From Thecamonas trahens ATCC 50062 (Eukaryota > Protista > Apusomonadida), in the NCBI RefSeq assembly GCF_000142905.1, contig NW_013657662.1, positions 434,001 to 498,000 of the forward strand: 64,000 nucleotides of DNA. Reading direction: 5' to 3'. The notes beneath the pieces are model-generated. The model saw only the letters and a program-made list of their open reading frames with translations. It was not told the DNA's origin and ran no database searches. Positions 21,951 to 34,703 of this stretch are shown here, piece after piece. Each line of letters begins with the position of its first letter. The stretch's first letter is position 1. The translations under genes and the position numbers were made by a program.

Positions 21951-22802
21951 ATGTCGGGCGTACCGATACGAAGTCTGTTTGGGGATACGCAGCGGTGGTG
22001 TGAGGAGGACGAGGCGTACGCTGAGAACGACGATGACTCGAGCAATGTGGCACCGCCCGTCTCGGACGCTGCTACCTTCTATGCAGCGGCTGGTGGAAGC
22101 GAAGGCACACCAAAGAGCAAGTCGGAGCTGAAAGAGGGCATGCGGTTGGTGCGCGAGTCTGGATATGGTGATGTGGTCGCTGTTCGCGTCCCGCTCGACG
22201 TACTGGACAGCCATGATGATGATGACGATGGAGATCGGGTGGAAGAAGCCCGGCAGGTTCGCGAGGAGGAGGCCATGGAGCAAGGCATGCGCAGTATGAG
22301 TCTGGAGGAGAGGATTGAGTATGATGATGCCGCGCTGGCCGAAGAGGAGGCGTATGAGAAGGCCGCTGAGGCCGGAACGACGCAAGTGTTCTCCTACGAC
22401 GAGCTGCTGGTGGATCCGGATGCCGATGACGACAACGAGACCTGGGCGCAAGAGACATACGCTGCACCGGCAAACTCACCGCGGCTTGCCTGTCCCTCGT
22501 GTTTCACCCTCCTTTGTGTCGACTGCCAGCAGCACGAGCGGTTTCCCTCCCAGTTCCGGGCCATGTTTGTCCTCTCGGCGGCTGAGATTGTCCCACACCA
22601 GCGCCTGGCATTTGCGCCATCGGCCTCGTCTAGCCGCCGGATGAAAGCTGTGACGAGTCAAGGCACAGTGGTGCTTGAAGGTGGCGATCCCGATCAAGCC
22701 GCCGTCTACCTCCCTGTCCGCTGCGGCGTGTGCAGTGCTGATGTCGGCGTTTTTGACTCTGACGAGATCTTCCACTTCTTCAACGTCGTCGTCTCCAACT
22801 AG
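21951..22802 (+). CDS. EAPP: E2F-associated phosphoprotein homolog
   Basis: DELLVDPDADDDNETW, LACPSCFTLLCVDCQQHERFPSQFRAMFV, YLPVRCGVCSADVGVFDSDEIFHFFNV. Confidence 0.9.
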   Translation: MSGVPIRSLFGDTQRWCEEDEAYAENDDDSSNVAPPVSDAATFYAAAGGSEGTPKSKSELKEGMRLVRESGYGDVVAVRVPLDVLDSHDDDDDGDRVEEARQVREEEAMEQGMRSMSLEERIEYDDAALAEEEAYEKAAEAGTTQVFSYDELLVDPDADDDNETWAQETYAAPANSPRLACPSCFTLLCVDCQQHERFPSQFRAMFVLSAAEIVPHQRLAFAPSASSSRRMKAVTSQGTVVLEGGDPDQAAVYLPVRCGVCSADVGVFDSDEIFHFFNVVVSN

Positions 22803-23157
22803 GCTACCTTGCGCATGGCAGCGTTGCGCCTGCAGCCGAGATCTATTACCTGGACACAAGCTCGAGCACACCACCCGGCCCGGTCTCTTCGCCCACCCGT
22901 CTGCCCCGATCCTCCCCCCCCCCCTCATCCCACCACCACCAAATCAGCCATCATTCAGCCTCACCTTGTCCAGCCTACCACACCATCACTCGCCCCCATC
23001 ACACTCACCCGCCAACCCCTCCCCCGCCTACCGCCAACCCGACCACCGACCCGACCGCCGCCCAACCAATAAAATGATACAAACATCAATAAAAGTTGGT
23101 CACACCCCTCTCCCCCCCCCCCCTTCCCCCCCCCACCCCTCCCCCCTCACACACACC

Positions 23158-23457
23158 ATGGCTTCCCGACTTGTGCGGTTCCCCTCGATGACGATTCGGC
23201 TCATGCAGAGCACCAAGCGACTTCCTAAGGATACACTTGCCTTTAAGGTCCCCCGCAAGGTTGGCAAGTTTGAAATCAAGGCTTATATGGAGGCTCTGTA
23301 TGGTGTCCGTGTCGCCTCGGTCAACACCGCCATCTATCCGGGCAAGACCGGTGTCTCTCGTGACGGTCGCTACAAGCGCTCAGACTGGAAGCGTGCCTTT
23401 GTCAAGTTTGCTGGCTTCTCCGCTGACTCTCCCGTCACCTCGCCTGCCTCTCCGTAG
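23158..23457 (+). CDS. MRPL23: Mitochondrial ribosomal protein uL23
   Basis: AFKVPRKVGKFEIKAYMEALYGVRVASVNT..GK..DWKRAFV. Confidence 0.88.
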   Translation: MASRLVRFPSMTIRLMQSTKRLPKDTLAFKVPRKVGKFEIKAYMEALYGVRVASVNTAIYPGKTGVSRDGRYKRSDWKRAFVKFAGFSADSPVTSPASP

Positions 23458-23526
23458 CTTGTTTCTCTCCTCTCCCTCTTTCGCTACACCCTCTCTGTCG
23501 TCACCGAACAAGACGCTCCAAATCCG

Positions 23527-23650
23527 GCCTCGCCGCCTCGCCTCGCCGCCTCGCCGCTTTGCCGCCTCGCTACCTCGCCGCCTCGTCGCCTCGCCGCCTC
23601 GTCGCCTCGCCGCCGCCTCGCTGCCTTGCCGCCTCGCTACCTCGCTGCCA
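23527..23650. repeat. Degenerate (GCCTCGCC)-type tandem repeat
   Basis: gcctcgccgcctcgcctcgccgcctcgccg... read directly. Confidence 0.8.
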
Positions 23651-24109
23651 CCCCACTCGCTCGCTCACCCCCCTTATTCTCGCTCATCCCATCTTGCTGC
23701 CCTCGTGGCATCGATTCACTCGTTCGCTTGCTCAGCCGCTCGCTTACTCAACCGCTCGCTCGCCCGCTCCGACGGCTTGCTTGCCTTGATCCCCCCCCCC
23801 TCTCTCTCGCCCATGCAAGTACGCCACATCTGTGCTTTCATGTCTACTTGTTTGTCTTGACATGCGCTCTCAGCTGTTTGTAGCGATCTTGTGGCTGGCT
23901 GGCGTGAGGCTTGCCTGGTGATGGATGATGTGTTTGCTCTTGTGGCTTGCGCTTGCTATGCTGTTCATTCCAGCTCGTTGGAATGAGACTTGCTCGGTTG
24001 TTGCGGACTGCGTCGGTGCGATTGTGTTGCGCAACAAGAACAGGCTTTGTCTTCTCGGCTGCTGTTTCTGGTAAAAGAAAGCAAACGCTTGCGGCAGGGT
24101 ACCTGGCAT

Positions 24110-24901
24110 TTACGTCTCCTTCGACTTGGGCTTGGCCTTGTACGAGTGGAGGTAGAAGTTGAGGAAGAGAGTGAGCATCGAGATCATGTAGGCAACAAGA
24201 GCATACGCCATCCAGTTGGGGAAGACCTTGCAGTCAAAGATGGCGCCATATGCGCCGTGGATCATGAGGAAAACAAACTGAGCCATCTGCAGCTGAGTCA
24301 GGTACTTCTTCCACCATACCGAGTAGCCTGCAGCACGAAGACCGTAGTACGAGTACATGATGACGTGAACACACGAGTTGATCATGGCCGAGAGGTAGCA
24401 CTCCCCACCGGCAGTGAAGCGGATGGCGAGCCACCAGAGCAGCGGCATGGTGGTGTGATGGTAGAGATGAAGAAAGGTGACTAGATGGAACTTCTTCCTC
24501 GCCACAAAGAAGATGGTATCCAAGAACTCGATGAACTTTGAAAAGTAGAACCACCAGAGGACGGCGGCCATGCCGTAGCCGCGGTCAGAGTAGTCGACGC
24601 CATTGCAACGAAATCCGTAGCCAAGAACAAAGAAAGCATTGTAGGCAATGACGATCGCCATATAACCATTGAGAGCCACCATGGTGGCATTGTAGACTAT
24701 GACCAAGTACTTGATGTTAAACGGTTCCCTCGTCATCATCACCTTCTTTCCACCCCAAATGATGAAGAGATAGATGGCACAGAGGAGGTAGCCCCAGACG
24801 GGCGAGGACATCAACCACCACTCGGCCGTCCTACGGTCTCCCTCTGCATACAAATACGCATACACTCCGTCCAGCGCATCTCCTGGGTTCCCTACTTCCA
24901 T
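24110..24901 (-). CDS. ELO fatty-acid elongase, ELOVL4/5-like (possible PUFA elongase)
   Basis: DRRTAEWWLMSSP, FYFSKFIEFLDTIFFVARKK, VTFLHLYHH, INSCVHVIMYSYY, WWKKYLTQLQMAQF. Confidence 0.95.
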   Translation of the reverse strand: MEVGNPGDALDGVYAYLYAEGDRRTAEWWLMSSPVWGYLLCAIYLFIIWGGKKVMMTREPFNIKYLVIVYNATMVALNGYMAIVIAYNAFFVLGYGFRCNGVDYSDRGYGMAAVLWWFYFSKFIEFLDTIFFVARKKFHLVTFLHLYHHTTMPLLWWLAIRFTAGGECYLSAMINSCVHVIMYSYYGLRAAGYSVWWKKYLTQLQMAQFVFLMIHGAYGAIFDCKVFPNWMAYALVAYMISMLTLFLNFYLHSYKAKPKSKET

Positions 24902-25650
24902 TCTAGTGATTCTCCCTCTCTTTCTCTCTTTCTTCCTCAAGTGAGGTCTGTATCCGTACACCTCCCCCACAATCCCGTCTTCCATCCCGTCTCCCTCTCC
25001 ATAAACACCTTGCGGGGGTTGCCGTCCCAGGTACGATCCTCCCACCCGGCAAAAGCCCGTTCTAGCCCCCGCCCCCCTCTATCCCCATAACACCCTAACA
25101 TATAGATCGGGAATGATTGGAGACAAATCTTGATGAGTTTGGGCGTAGAGGAGGTGCGTGAGATGGTAAGGGATAAGGAGAAGACTGAATCTGATCAAGA
25201 TGGTGTGTGAGTGTCATCGAGGCCTGCCTGGCGGTCCACCGCGGTGTGATCACGTGTCTTCGTGACTTTTGGCTGCTCGCGATCCCTCACGCAATACACA
25301 TGATAGAGCGCGCGGAATGTCAAAGAGGAAACAGAGGCGGGATTGGAGGAGCTAGCAGCAGGGAAAAGAGTAAGAACAGAATGGAGAGAGCGGAGCTTAT
25401 CTAGATCGTTCATATCGGTATTGATTATGACAGCCATCTCTTCACACGGCGTGCTGCCCGGATGCCCACTCCGATGAATGGGTGGGGACGGGAGATCACG
25501 ACGGGGATGTAGATGAAGATGGCTGGGGCAGTGGAGGGAGAGAGAGCGGCTGCCACTGACCGAATTTGCTCGTGTGAGTCCTCCACGACCCGATTCGGGA
25601 GAGAAGTCGACAGGGCCATGGCGTTGAGGGCGACCAATGGAGTCCAACAT

Positions 25651-26708
25651 CTACTCGTCCGCACCCGTGAGCGGCTTGGCCTTCTTGGCCACTGGTGCAA
25701 TACCATCATCGTCGCCTCCTGTAGTACTAGGCTCGTCCTTGGCCGGCCGCTTGCGCTTGATCAGCTTGGGCTTGGGCTTGGACTTGGGCTTGACCGCGGC
25801 CTTGGGGTTGGCGGTTGCCGACCGCCGCTTGGCGATGGCTTCTTGGCGCTTGCGCAGCGTCTCGGCATCAGCCTTGACGCCAGTCAGAACCTGCGTTGGC
25901 TTGACGTACCCTGTCACATCGCCTTCGACCTTCTGAGCTTCGTCATTTGGTGCCGCCTCGACCTCTCCGGCTGCGCTCGCAGGAGCTGCGGTGGACGGTG
26001 CTGATGCAGTGGACGGTGTTGATGCAGTCGACGAGTGAGCGGTTGCACCAGTCTTTGCAGCCGATCTCTTCGCCTCAGTCGCAGGCGGAAGGTCAGGGAG
26101 GGGAGCGCCGACCGGGTTGTGAAGGACCTTTGCCAGATGAAGCCAGGAGAAGCACTTTGGGATGGCATCATTGATGGAGGGTGGCTTTGCATGGTTAAAG
26201 TACACAATCGATGTCATGTTGTGAACAGCCTCCCACTCTGAGCTCCGATTGCCGGACTTGTGCAAGACCAAGGCGTCATAGCCATCAGGAATGACCAACT
26301 CTGCGCCATGGAGTTCCCGACCACGGAATGAAGAATCTACCACACGAGCACAGTAGCCTACACACACACAACAACGATCATTGACCACCAACTTCCCCAA
26401 CAATGAGTATACCCACACCCACCCACCACACCATCAAGCATGATCTCTCTCTCTCTAACTCTCTCCCCCCACCCCCTTTTCTCTTTCTCACCCTTTCTGG
26501 GGTTGTGGTGGTGGCAGTGGTGCGTACGTGAGACGCCAGCTGGCTGGATAGCAGCAGCCGGAGATGTGGGCAGAGGCTCAGTGACAGTAAAGTAGGTCGC
26601 GAGAGCAGTAGGCCCTGTATGCTTGATACCAAAGGGCATGTGATAGACAGTAGCCTCTCCTACTGTCCCCCCAAATTGCACATTAATCCTCTGGCTGCTC
26701 TCACCCAT
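25651..26708 (-). CDS. RNASEH2C: Ribonuclease H2 subunit C; exons 26708-26528 and 26357-25651 (170-nt GT-AG intron)
   Basis: Exon 1 YHMPFGIKHTGPTALATYF; exon 2 SSFRGRELHG..IPDGYDALVL..YFNHAKPPS..FSWLHLAKVLH. GTACGC donor and TGTAG acceptor join in phase 1; an alternative in-frame acceptor lies 21 nt downstream. Confidence 0.88.
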
Positions 26709-27452
26709 ACTGGCTACCGTCGAGAGGTGCTGCTCGCTTCCCGCCCCTCGTCCGTCACCCGACCCGACTGAGCCAAGCCGCCCTATCCGACAACCGACCC
26801 GATTGTCCCGACCGGACACAACCCAATTGAGCCGAAGGACCCGACAAAGCCCTCTCTCTCTCTCTCTCCATAATAGCAACCATGTGTTCTCTTTGTGGGA
26901 TCAGTTCCTTGCCGTCCTTGCCATACCGATCAGACTGACCGACCCGACCTATCACTGCGATCGAGATCGAGCCGATGAACCAGCACGACCAAGCGCAATC
27001 ACGAGCATCATCACGCTGCTGTGCGCCAAGTCGGGGGTTAAGGTGCGCTAGCCGCCATTTTCAAGTTGTTGCCCCTCCCTCTCCTCGATCATCGATGGCC
27101 GTCCCTCTGTCCTGTCTTGTCTGGTCATTGCAAACAGTGTTGCTCAAGCGACACTCTCGGTTGCCAGCCGAGCGGTCGCTCCGCTCCATCGAAGCTCTTA
27201 ACAAAGCAAGGAACAAATTGCGTGTGAGCGACTTGTAGCAGTCGTCGCTTCTCTTTCATCGCCCCCATCTCCCCCTCCCCTCTCCCAACGATCATGTGCG
27301 CATCTGCCGCCAAACTCGCCAAGTGCCCGGCGCCAAGTTGGCCAACCGATTGATGACAGCCGCAGGTCATAGACCGACCGACTCGGAAGGATAACTTTGC
27401 CACACCCGTCCGCACGCTCACCGACGGACGCAACGACCCCCGTCCTTCAAGA

Positions 27453-29870
27453 ATGTGTGTTCGGACAGTTGTGTGGTGTATGGCGGTAATGAGTGTGTTA
27501 TGTGTGTCGCTCTCTTCGCCGCAAACAGTTCCATGGGAGGCCATGCAGGCCAGGTCACCGGTCCGGCTGATCCTTCCTCAGGGAATGGTGCCACTGGAGG
27601 CAAGTACCATGGCTATGGCATTAGGTGAAGAAGTGGCGCAAGACTTGGTCATTCTCTCCCTTCCATCGTTATCACTCTCAACATGGGATGCTGCTATGGA
27701 TGACTTTCATATCGTCGGCGATGTCTATGTCTTTCCTGGCCTCCTCTACCCACAAGCCTTTCTCGATCTCCTTCGCCCAACGTCCATCTCGCCAGCAACC
27801 GCTGATGAAATCCTCCTCACACAAGGTTCTCCTCTGCCTGCAGACGATGCAATAGAGGACGAAACGTCTACGGCAAAGATGAAAAGCTTGGACACCAGCC
27901 CGATCTCTCGCTTGGGACTCTCTCGCGACAACGTGCTCGGCATCGCCGATCTCACCGCCTCGGCGGCTACCCTTGCTGACCCGGATCCGTCTGAGGTCGC
28001 TGCCAAGCTCGTTCCCTGGCTTGCTGATCCGGTCGTTATCTACTACCGCAAGTCTGTCCTTCGCTCCCTTGGTATCTGGCCAGAGTCGATAGCTATCGAC
28101 TCGTTTGCTAAGCTCATGGATCTTGCCGCCAGTGCACTGAGGTCTGGCTATGTTCCGTTCTCCTTGCCTCCGGACACGCTGCTTCACAGGGCGCCCCTCC
28201 TTTGGTTCGACTACATCAACGTGCGGCTGAACGGCCCCAAGGCGCACATCTCTCTCAGGCACTCCCTCAACGCTACCAACGAGGAATGGATCAACCGCGC
28301 CCTCGTTGTCCTGGCCGACCTCATCGACCGCGAGTACATCAGCGTTGCCCAAGGCTCGTTTGACACGTTTCTCACCGGGTCTTCGCTCATGTGCCTCACT
28401 ACATACTCGTCGCGCTTGCTCATGCCAACCAGCATCGTCGACGACCTTGGCATTCTTCGGTTTCCAGACTTTGATGCCACAGCAACGGCTGCGTTCCCAC
28501 TGCTGAATACGCTCAATGTGGAAGACTCAGCTCTTCGTGAACGAGGCGAAATCGTTTTTGGCTTCTCGCTTGGTGCGTCGCAATATCCAGGCACCGAGCA
28601 GAAGACCATCAACACACTTGCCACGCTTGCAAACCCGGCGTTTTTCGGCCGCTATATCAATGCCTCGTCTGGTACACCCGTCTTTGTCCCGCTTGACCCT
28701 TCGATCGACTTTGCAGCCATGACGTCTGATCCGCTGGCGCTTGCAGCTCATGCGCCGCTTGCAGAAGCCATCGTGCTTGGTTCATCAGCAGTGGACCGCA
28801 TCGGCGGCTCTGCGACAGGCCTATCGGAGCTCTCCCGCGTCTGGTCTGAACTGCTGGTCAACTGGATGTTTGCAGTGCCACCGACTTCGTTGTTTGACAT
28901 GTCGTGGATGGCATCACCAGTGCTCGTCTCGTCGTTGCAGTTCCACGCTCGGCACGCTGCTGCGATGGGGAGGAGCTGGGGGGAGGCGGTTCCGCGGCTT
29001 GTCGCCGACATCGATGCTGCGCATCTACTCCACGTCTACCTCACAACCTCTCGAGTGGCGTTTTACCCTCCGGGTGGTACGTACACCAACGCGTCGCTCG
29101 TGGTTACACTTGAGGTCGACACAGTCAATGCCACTATCTTCTACACCCTCGATGGATCTGAGCCGTCGTCGTCGAGCCGCAAGTACGTGGCACCACTCGT
29201 TCTCGACACCTTCCCGCACCACACCATCCGTGCATTTGCCACTTCGAACGTTCTTCAGCGCTCCCCGCTTTCAGAAGCCTCGTTTCACCTTGCTGCCATT
29301 CGGCAGACCGTGGTCATGGGCCGCGGCGCTGGCGAGACTGACGTCGTGGCCGTTCTTGCCATCATTTCTCTTCTGTTGATCTTAATCCTTGCCGCCGGTG
29401 GCCTTTTGCTCTGGTGCCTCCTCTCAGTGTTGCGGTCGAACGAAGTACTGGCGACCAAGGCATCGACGAACACCACGCCGCAGGCCTTGGACGCCAACAA
29501 CGTCAAGGTCTGGTATCCACTCGGCATTGGCTCCCTTGGCGAGGTCTTCCGCGGCTGCTACAACGATGGCGCCGTTGCCCTCACCCTTTTGCAGCTCTCG
29601 TCGACGTGCACTGGCCTGCGCATGGAGCGGGCAAACCTAGGCCGCGGCTCAGGCAACTCGTCGCCCAGCTGCGTCCTCAACGCATCTACTGGCTTTCTCA
29701 CCGCCGAGCTTCCAGGGACCTCGATGCTCGGCTCTATCAAGACCATGCAGCTGCCAAGGGTTGCCGTTACCGGCGACCCAAACTCGGCCAACGCCTCTCC
29801 GGATGCTACTGTGCCAGAGAAGGCAGTGAGACGACAGACATTATTGCCGTCGTCGCTGTCATCGTCGTCA

Positions 29871-29902
<32 letters not shown>

Positions 29903-32900
29903 ATCGCCCGCAGGAAGCAATCACGATGGGCAGCAACGTGTGGCAGCCGGATCTGCGTCTGAGCAGTTTGAAGATGGTGCGAGCGACGACGACTCGATGG
30001 GTGCCCGCCGGCGTGAAAGGGTCGGCGAGTCTTCGCTTGCCACCTCTCGTCAGGGCTTGTTCGCTGGATACGATTCGATGGATGTCATGTCTGTCGATTT
30101 GATGGCGACAAGCCTTCCGCCTGAGCCCAACACACAGTTTATGACCGGAGGCATCTCGCTGGTGACTGGAGACAACACCAAGTGGATTCCGCTCGCACGG
30201 CTCACACCTTGCGTCACTGGTGAGTACCTTGTTTCGGAGCAGTTGCTGGCGATGCAGACTGCTCTCTCTGTCTTGGATCACCCGAACATCAATCGATTTG
30301 TGGGTGTGGTCCTCTCACCACCGACACTCGTGACAGCGTACGTGCCCAATGGACGGCTGTTTGACCTTCTCCATGACATCTCCATTCCGTTGGAGCTTGG
30401 CATTCGGCTGCGGTGGGCACACGGAGTGGCCTCCGGCCTCTCGTACCTGCACGAGCACGGCATCGTGCATTCCAACTTGAAGTCGACATGCGTTCTGCTC
30501 TCGCCAGTATGGGAGCCTGTCATCACGGGATTTGGCGTTGATGGTCTCATGGACGTGGTTGGTGACACGATGACCACTTATGTGGCGTCGACCGCGAGTC
30601 TGTACTGGTCTGCGCCCGAGGTACTGGCCAACAAGGCAAACGTGTCTACAGCCTCTAACGTCTTCTCACTCGGCGTCATTCTGTGGGAGCTGCTCACTCG
30701 CGAGGACATGTATCCGAACGTGGCCCCGCAGACGGTTGCAGTTCGCGTTGTCGCCGGGGACCTACGCCTCGACACGTCGATGCTAGTCCGAGCTGCGGCG
30801 GGCCCGTCGGGCGTGCTTCCGCGCATAGGATCGACGCTTGAGCCGGCAAGCCAGAGCTCATTGTCGCTAACGCGCCTGCGGACCGCGGGATCTGCGACTG
30901 GAGCCACGAGCCAGGGCGGCGAGCGAGGTGGTGGTGACGGCTTGCCGGACCACAAGTCGATGGAGGCGTATGCCACGCTGCTCACACAACTGTGGGCAGA
31001 GGATACGCGAATGCGACCTGCGCTGCCGGACGTGATGGAGCGGCTGTCGTCGATGGCCATGTTCAACGTCTCACGGCCACCGGCGTTTGCCAGCCTTCGG
31101 CCGCGCGGTCGCGGCGTGGTTGTCATTGCTCGGGTCAACTCGGTGGTGACAGGCATGGCAACGGTCCCACATTCGTTCTCGGCCGCTCTCAAGATCTTCC
31201 ACAATCTCTGCCGTGCCGCAGCGGCGACCTGTTCCGGTGTGTGTGTCGAGCAGACCATCGACTCGGTCACCATCACGTTCCTGCAGCGGTCGACTGCGCT
31301 GCGCTTCTTTTCCATGCTCCGCGACAAGCTGTACGCCACCAAATGGCCGTCTGGATTGCTCAAGTCGGAGCTTGGACGGCCGGTCATTTCAGCAACCGGC
31401 CTCGTCATCTCGCAGGGTCTGCAGGTTGACATGGTCATTGCTGCTGGGCGGCTGGTCTCGGTCAAGCAACCCGGAACGTGGCGCTGGAAGTGCGAGGGGC
31501 CCGCTATGGACGTTGCGATTGCGCTGCAAGCCCTGGTCTCGCCTGGCGGCTCGCTCGCGGTTGGTCTCGCCACCGACCCGAATATCAAAGGCTACAACGT
31601 CCGAGTGCTTCCGTCGCGAGACGTCTCGCCGGCCCTTCTCAACTGCCGCATCGTGCAAATCATCAGCGAGCATGTCGACAAGACGAGCGGAACGCCTGCC
31701 GCGGCCATGTCTGGTATGGTCAAGCTGGTCCACACTCCGAGGCTGACCTCGGCACATAGCGTGGCGTTTGGCTCGCCATCACCGCTGCCTCAGATCACCA
31801 CTGCACCCGCTCGTGTGCCTGCCTCGACCATGTCTGCTCCCACGTCTTCCGGCCATCCACCATATTTTGTTGAGGAAGAGGAGGAGGCTGAGGCATGGTG
31901 GTCGTTCTACGAGGAGCAGGAACAAGAGGAGAATGTGGCGGACGGGCGTCCACCCAGGGGCGGGTTCAAGGGCAAGGGCAAGGGCAAGAGCAAGAGCAAG
32001 AGCAAGGGCAAGGGTAAGGGTAAGGGCAAGGGCAAGGGCAAGGGCAAGGGCAAAGGCAAGGGCAAGGGCAAGGGCAAGGGCAAGGGCAAGGGCAAGGGCA
32101 AGGGCAAGGGCAAGGGCAAGATAAGGTTGAAGGGCACGTTGCGACGTTCGACCTCGCTGGACACCTCGTACTCTACATACTCGAGCTACACGTACTCGAC
32201 GAGCTATTTGGCGTATTCGAGCTCGTATAGGCGTGGCAGATCGAGCGTGACGTACACAACGTCGCTTGAAGACTGTTCTTCATCTGCCAATGTGAACCAT
32301 CATCCAGTGATTTCGATGCCAAGTGGGCACACGCCACAGCACTCTGTGCTGCACAAGAGCGTTTCGCTGGCACTTGTTGCTGACTCGGATGCGGTGGTTC
32401 CCAAGGCTGCGCCGGCCAAGTTGTCGCGGGTCAAGGGCAAAGACAAGGGCAAAGACAAGGGCAAGGGCAAGGGCAAGGGCAAGGGCAAGCAGTTTCGCAA
32501 GCGCCGTGTGACGGACATATCGTACTACTATGCTTCGTCGTACGTATACTCAACATACTCATACTCGTCATCATCGTTGTCATCGTCGTCGTCGTCATCA
32601 TCGTCGTCGCTGTTTCGGCGGGCAGGCGAAGCGTCCGAGTTGGTGTCTTCCCGGATGGTTGGCGACATCCCCGCCTCGCAGGCCGTGGCTGCTCGAGCTG
32701 GCGACATGTACGCCTCGCACGCAGTGACAGCCGGTGGAGGCGACATCCACGCCTCGCAGGCCGTGGCTGCTCGAGCTGGCGACATGTACGCCTCGCACGC
32801 AGTGACAGCCGGTGGAGGCGACATCCACGCCTCGCAGGCCGTGGCTGCTCAAGCTGGCGACATGTACGCCTCGCACGCAGTGACAGCCGGTGGAGGCGAC

Positions 32901-34703
32901 ATCCACGCCTCGCGTCTCGCGCGCAGTGGTGGGCTCTTTGCATCAGAAGCTACTGCTTCGGAAGACAATCTGTCGGAGCAAACGTTTCTCTCCCGCCGGG
33001 CCGATGCGCCCCCGGCGTCGCTTGCGTTGTCGATGGTGTGCTCGCCAACAGCAACTGCGCCGCTGTTCCAGTCGGGTCTGAACATTCAGCTGACATCGAT
33101 CCACGCCTCGCAAGTGGGCGCGAGTGGACCGCTTGAGTCTGGAGAGTCGAGCGAGGGACACCACAACTTGCTGATGCAAAGCTCCAAGGCGTCGTCGGAC
33201 GTGGCGGCATCGCAGCAATCATTCGGTCACGCTGCGAGTGTGACGGCGTCACCAAAGCCGCGGCTTGCGTCGGTGGAGCTATCAGTCTTTCGTGCGCTCG
33301 GCATTTCCGGCATAGGCATTCCCTCGTCGGGCATCGCGTCGTCTCCGGTCATGGGAGCGTCACCCAAGTCTGGGCTCCACTTTGATCGTCTGGCTGCAGC
33401 TGGGGTTGAGGGCCACGACGGGCTGCCGTCGATCATGATTCCTGATGCTTCGGTGTCAATGACTGGGTCAGTCACCGAGCATGGCAAGTCGGACGACGTG
33501 GCTGAAGTAGTCAAGTCCAGGTCTGGCGAGATGAGGGGCGGCTGTCTGCCGTCGGACTCAACGGCCTCAGTTGCGACAGTCTCGGGCCAGTCAGGCGACT
33601 CACAGACGTGCCGGTTGGAGCGTGTGCCCGAAGGGGGCGTGTTCTCATCGTCCGGGCCGCGCGCGCCGATCGTGTCCAACAAGTCGATGCGGTGGCTCAT
33701 TCCGATGCGTAAGGTGGAAGCCATGCTACGCGATCGGCCTCACCAGTGGCCGAACCTGACGCTGGTCTCGTCATCGCCGCTGGGTACCTTTCTGGTTCGG
33801 CGCCACTTTCGCGACTTTATGCCTGTGCGACTTGCGATCAACGCGTCGGCAGACGTGGTGCGGCTCAAGATGCTACGGTCGCGGCTCGAGCTGCCTAAAG
33901 TGGTCGGCGTTACGCTCGCGAGCTCGTTCATCTTTGTCATTTACCGGGTCAAGCAGCCGTCGACCGTCTACGCGCTGAAGGAGTGCTGCTTCTGTGGCCG
34001 GTGCAGAGGCGAGAAGCAGATTCGCGAGGTCGCCTCAGGTGACTCGGTGTCGAGGAGGCAGGCCAACTTTGTGCGGAGCCACCCCCTGCTACGTCCAGAT
34101 GGCGCCAACCACGCTGAAGGCGATATGGCCAACTCGATGAGCTCGTTGCCGTCTGACGATGTCTCAACAAGGTCGCTGCCCAAGAACAAGCTGGTCTGTC
34201 TCAATACGGTCCAACGCCGGCGAGTGGCGCTCACGGTAGTTTCTGCTCTTCTCCATTTGCACCAGTCGGGCACAATCCACGGCGCCCTGGGCATGTCAGC
34301 TATTGGCTACTGTGTGCGGACCGGTCTCGCGGTCGTCATCGACTACGGTCTGCCGTCGCTCTTGCAGACGCTGGCATCAACAGCGTCCATCGGCAACGCA
34401 CCGATCCTGGCACCTGAGGTTCTCAACGGTGGCGACTTTACCAAGGCTGCCGACATCTACTCGCTCGCCATGGTTCTGTACGAGATCCTTATGGGCGAGC
34501 CGCCGTACCCAGAGCACACTGCGATCGAGCGGGCACTCGCGCTCTCTTCGACGCCGATGGTCGAGTCGTTGGCCATGAAGTCCGTCCTCGTCAAACCGCT
34601 GCGACAACTGCTGGGCAAATGCTGGGACATGCGGCCGAAGAAGCGCCCATCAGTCCAGCAGATCTACAAGTCGCTCACCAAGCTCAACGTCTGGTTCAAG
34701 TGA
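27453..34703 (+). CDS. Single-pass receptor: signal peptide, ABC-type solute-binding domain, Fn3-associated/chitobiase-like domain, TM, pseudokinase, degenerate cyclase, low-complexity repeats, second pseudokinase
   Basis: IYYRKSVL..WFDYINVRLNG..DDLGILRFP (SBP); FYPPGGTY..TIFYTLDGSEP..TIRAFA; TM VLAIISLLLILILAAGGLLLWCLL; kinase motifs HPNINRFVG, WSAPEVL, NVFSLGVILWELLT and LAPEVL..DIYSLAMVLYEI..CWDMRPKKRPS; cyclase-like KWPSGLL..GLQVDM. Confidence 0.85.
31968..32120 (+). repeat. Coding (AAGGGC)n repeat encoding (KG)n; shorter block at ~32433-32489
   Basis: Read directly from sequence. Confidence 0.95.
32661..32912 (+). repeat. Coding 78-bp tandem repeat (GDIHASQAVAARAGDMYASHAVTAGG) x ~3.2
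   Basis: Near-identical units, each made of two related 13-aa halves. Confidence 0.9.

Noticed and set aside
25195-25650. 151-aa ORF starting in frame right after the RNASEH2C stop (TAG-ATG), suggesting readthrough
   Set aside because: No recognisable motifs or readthrough context; long chance ORFs are common at this GC content.
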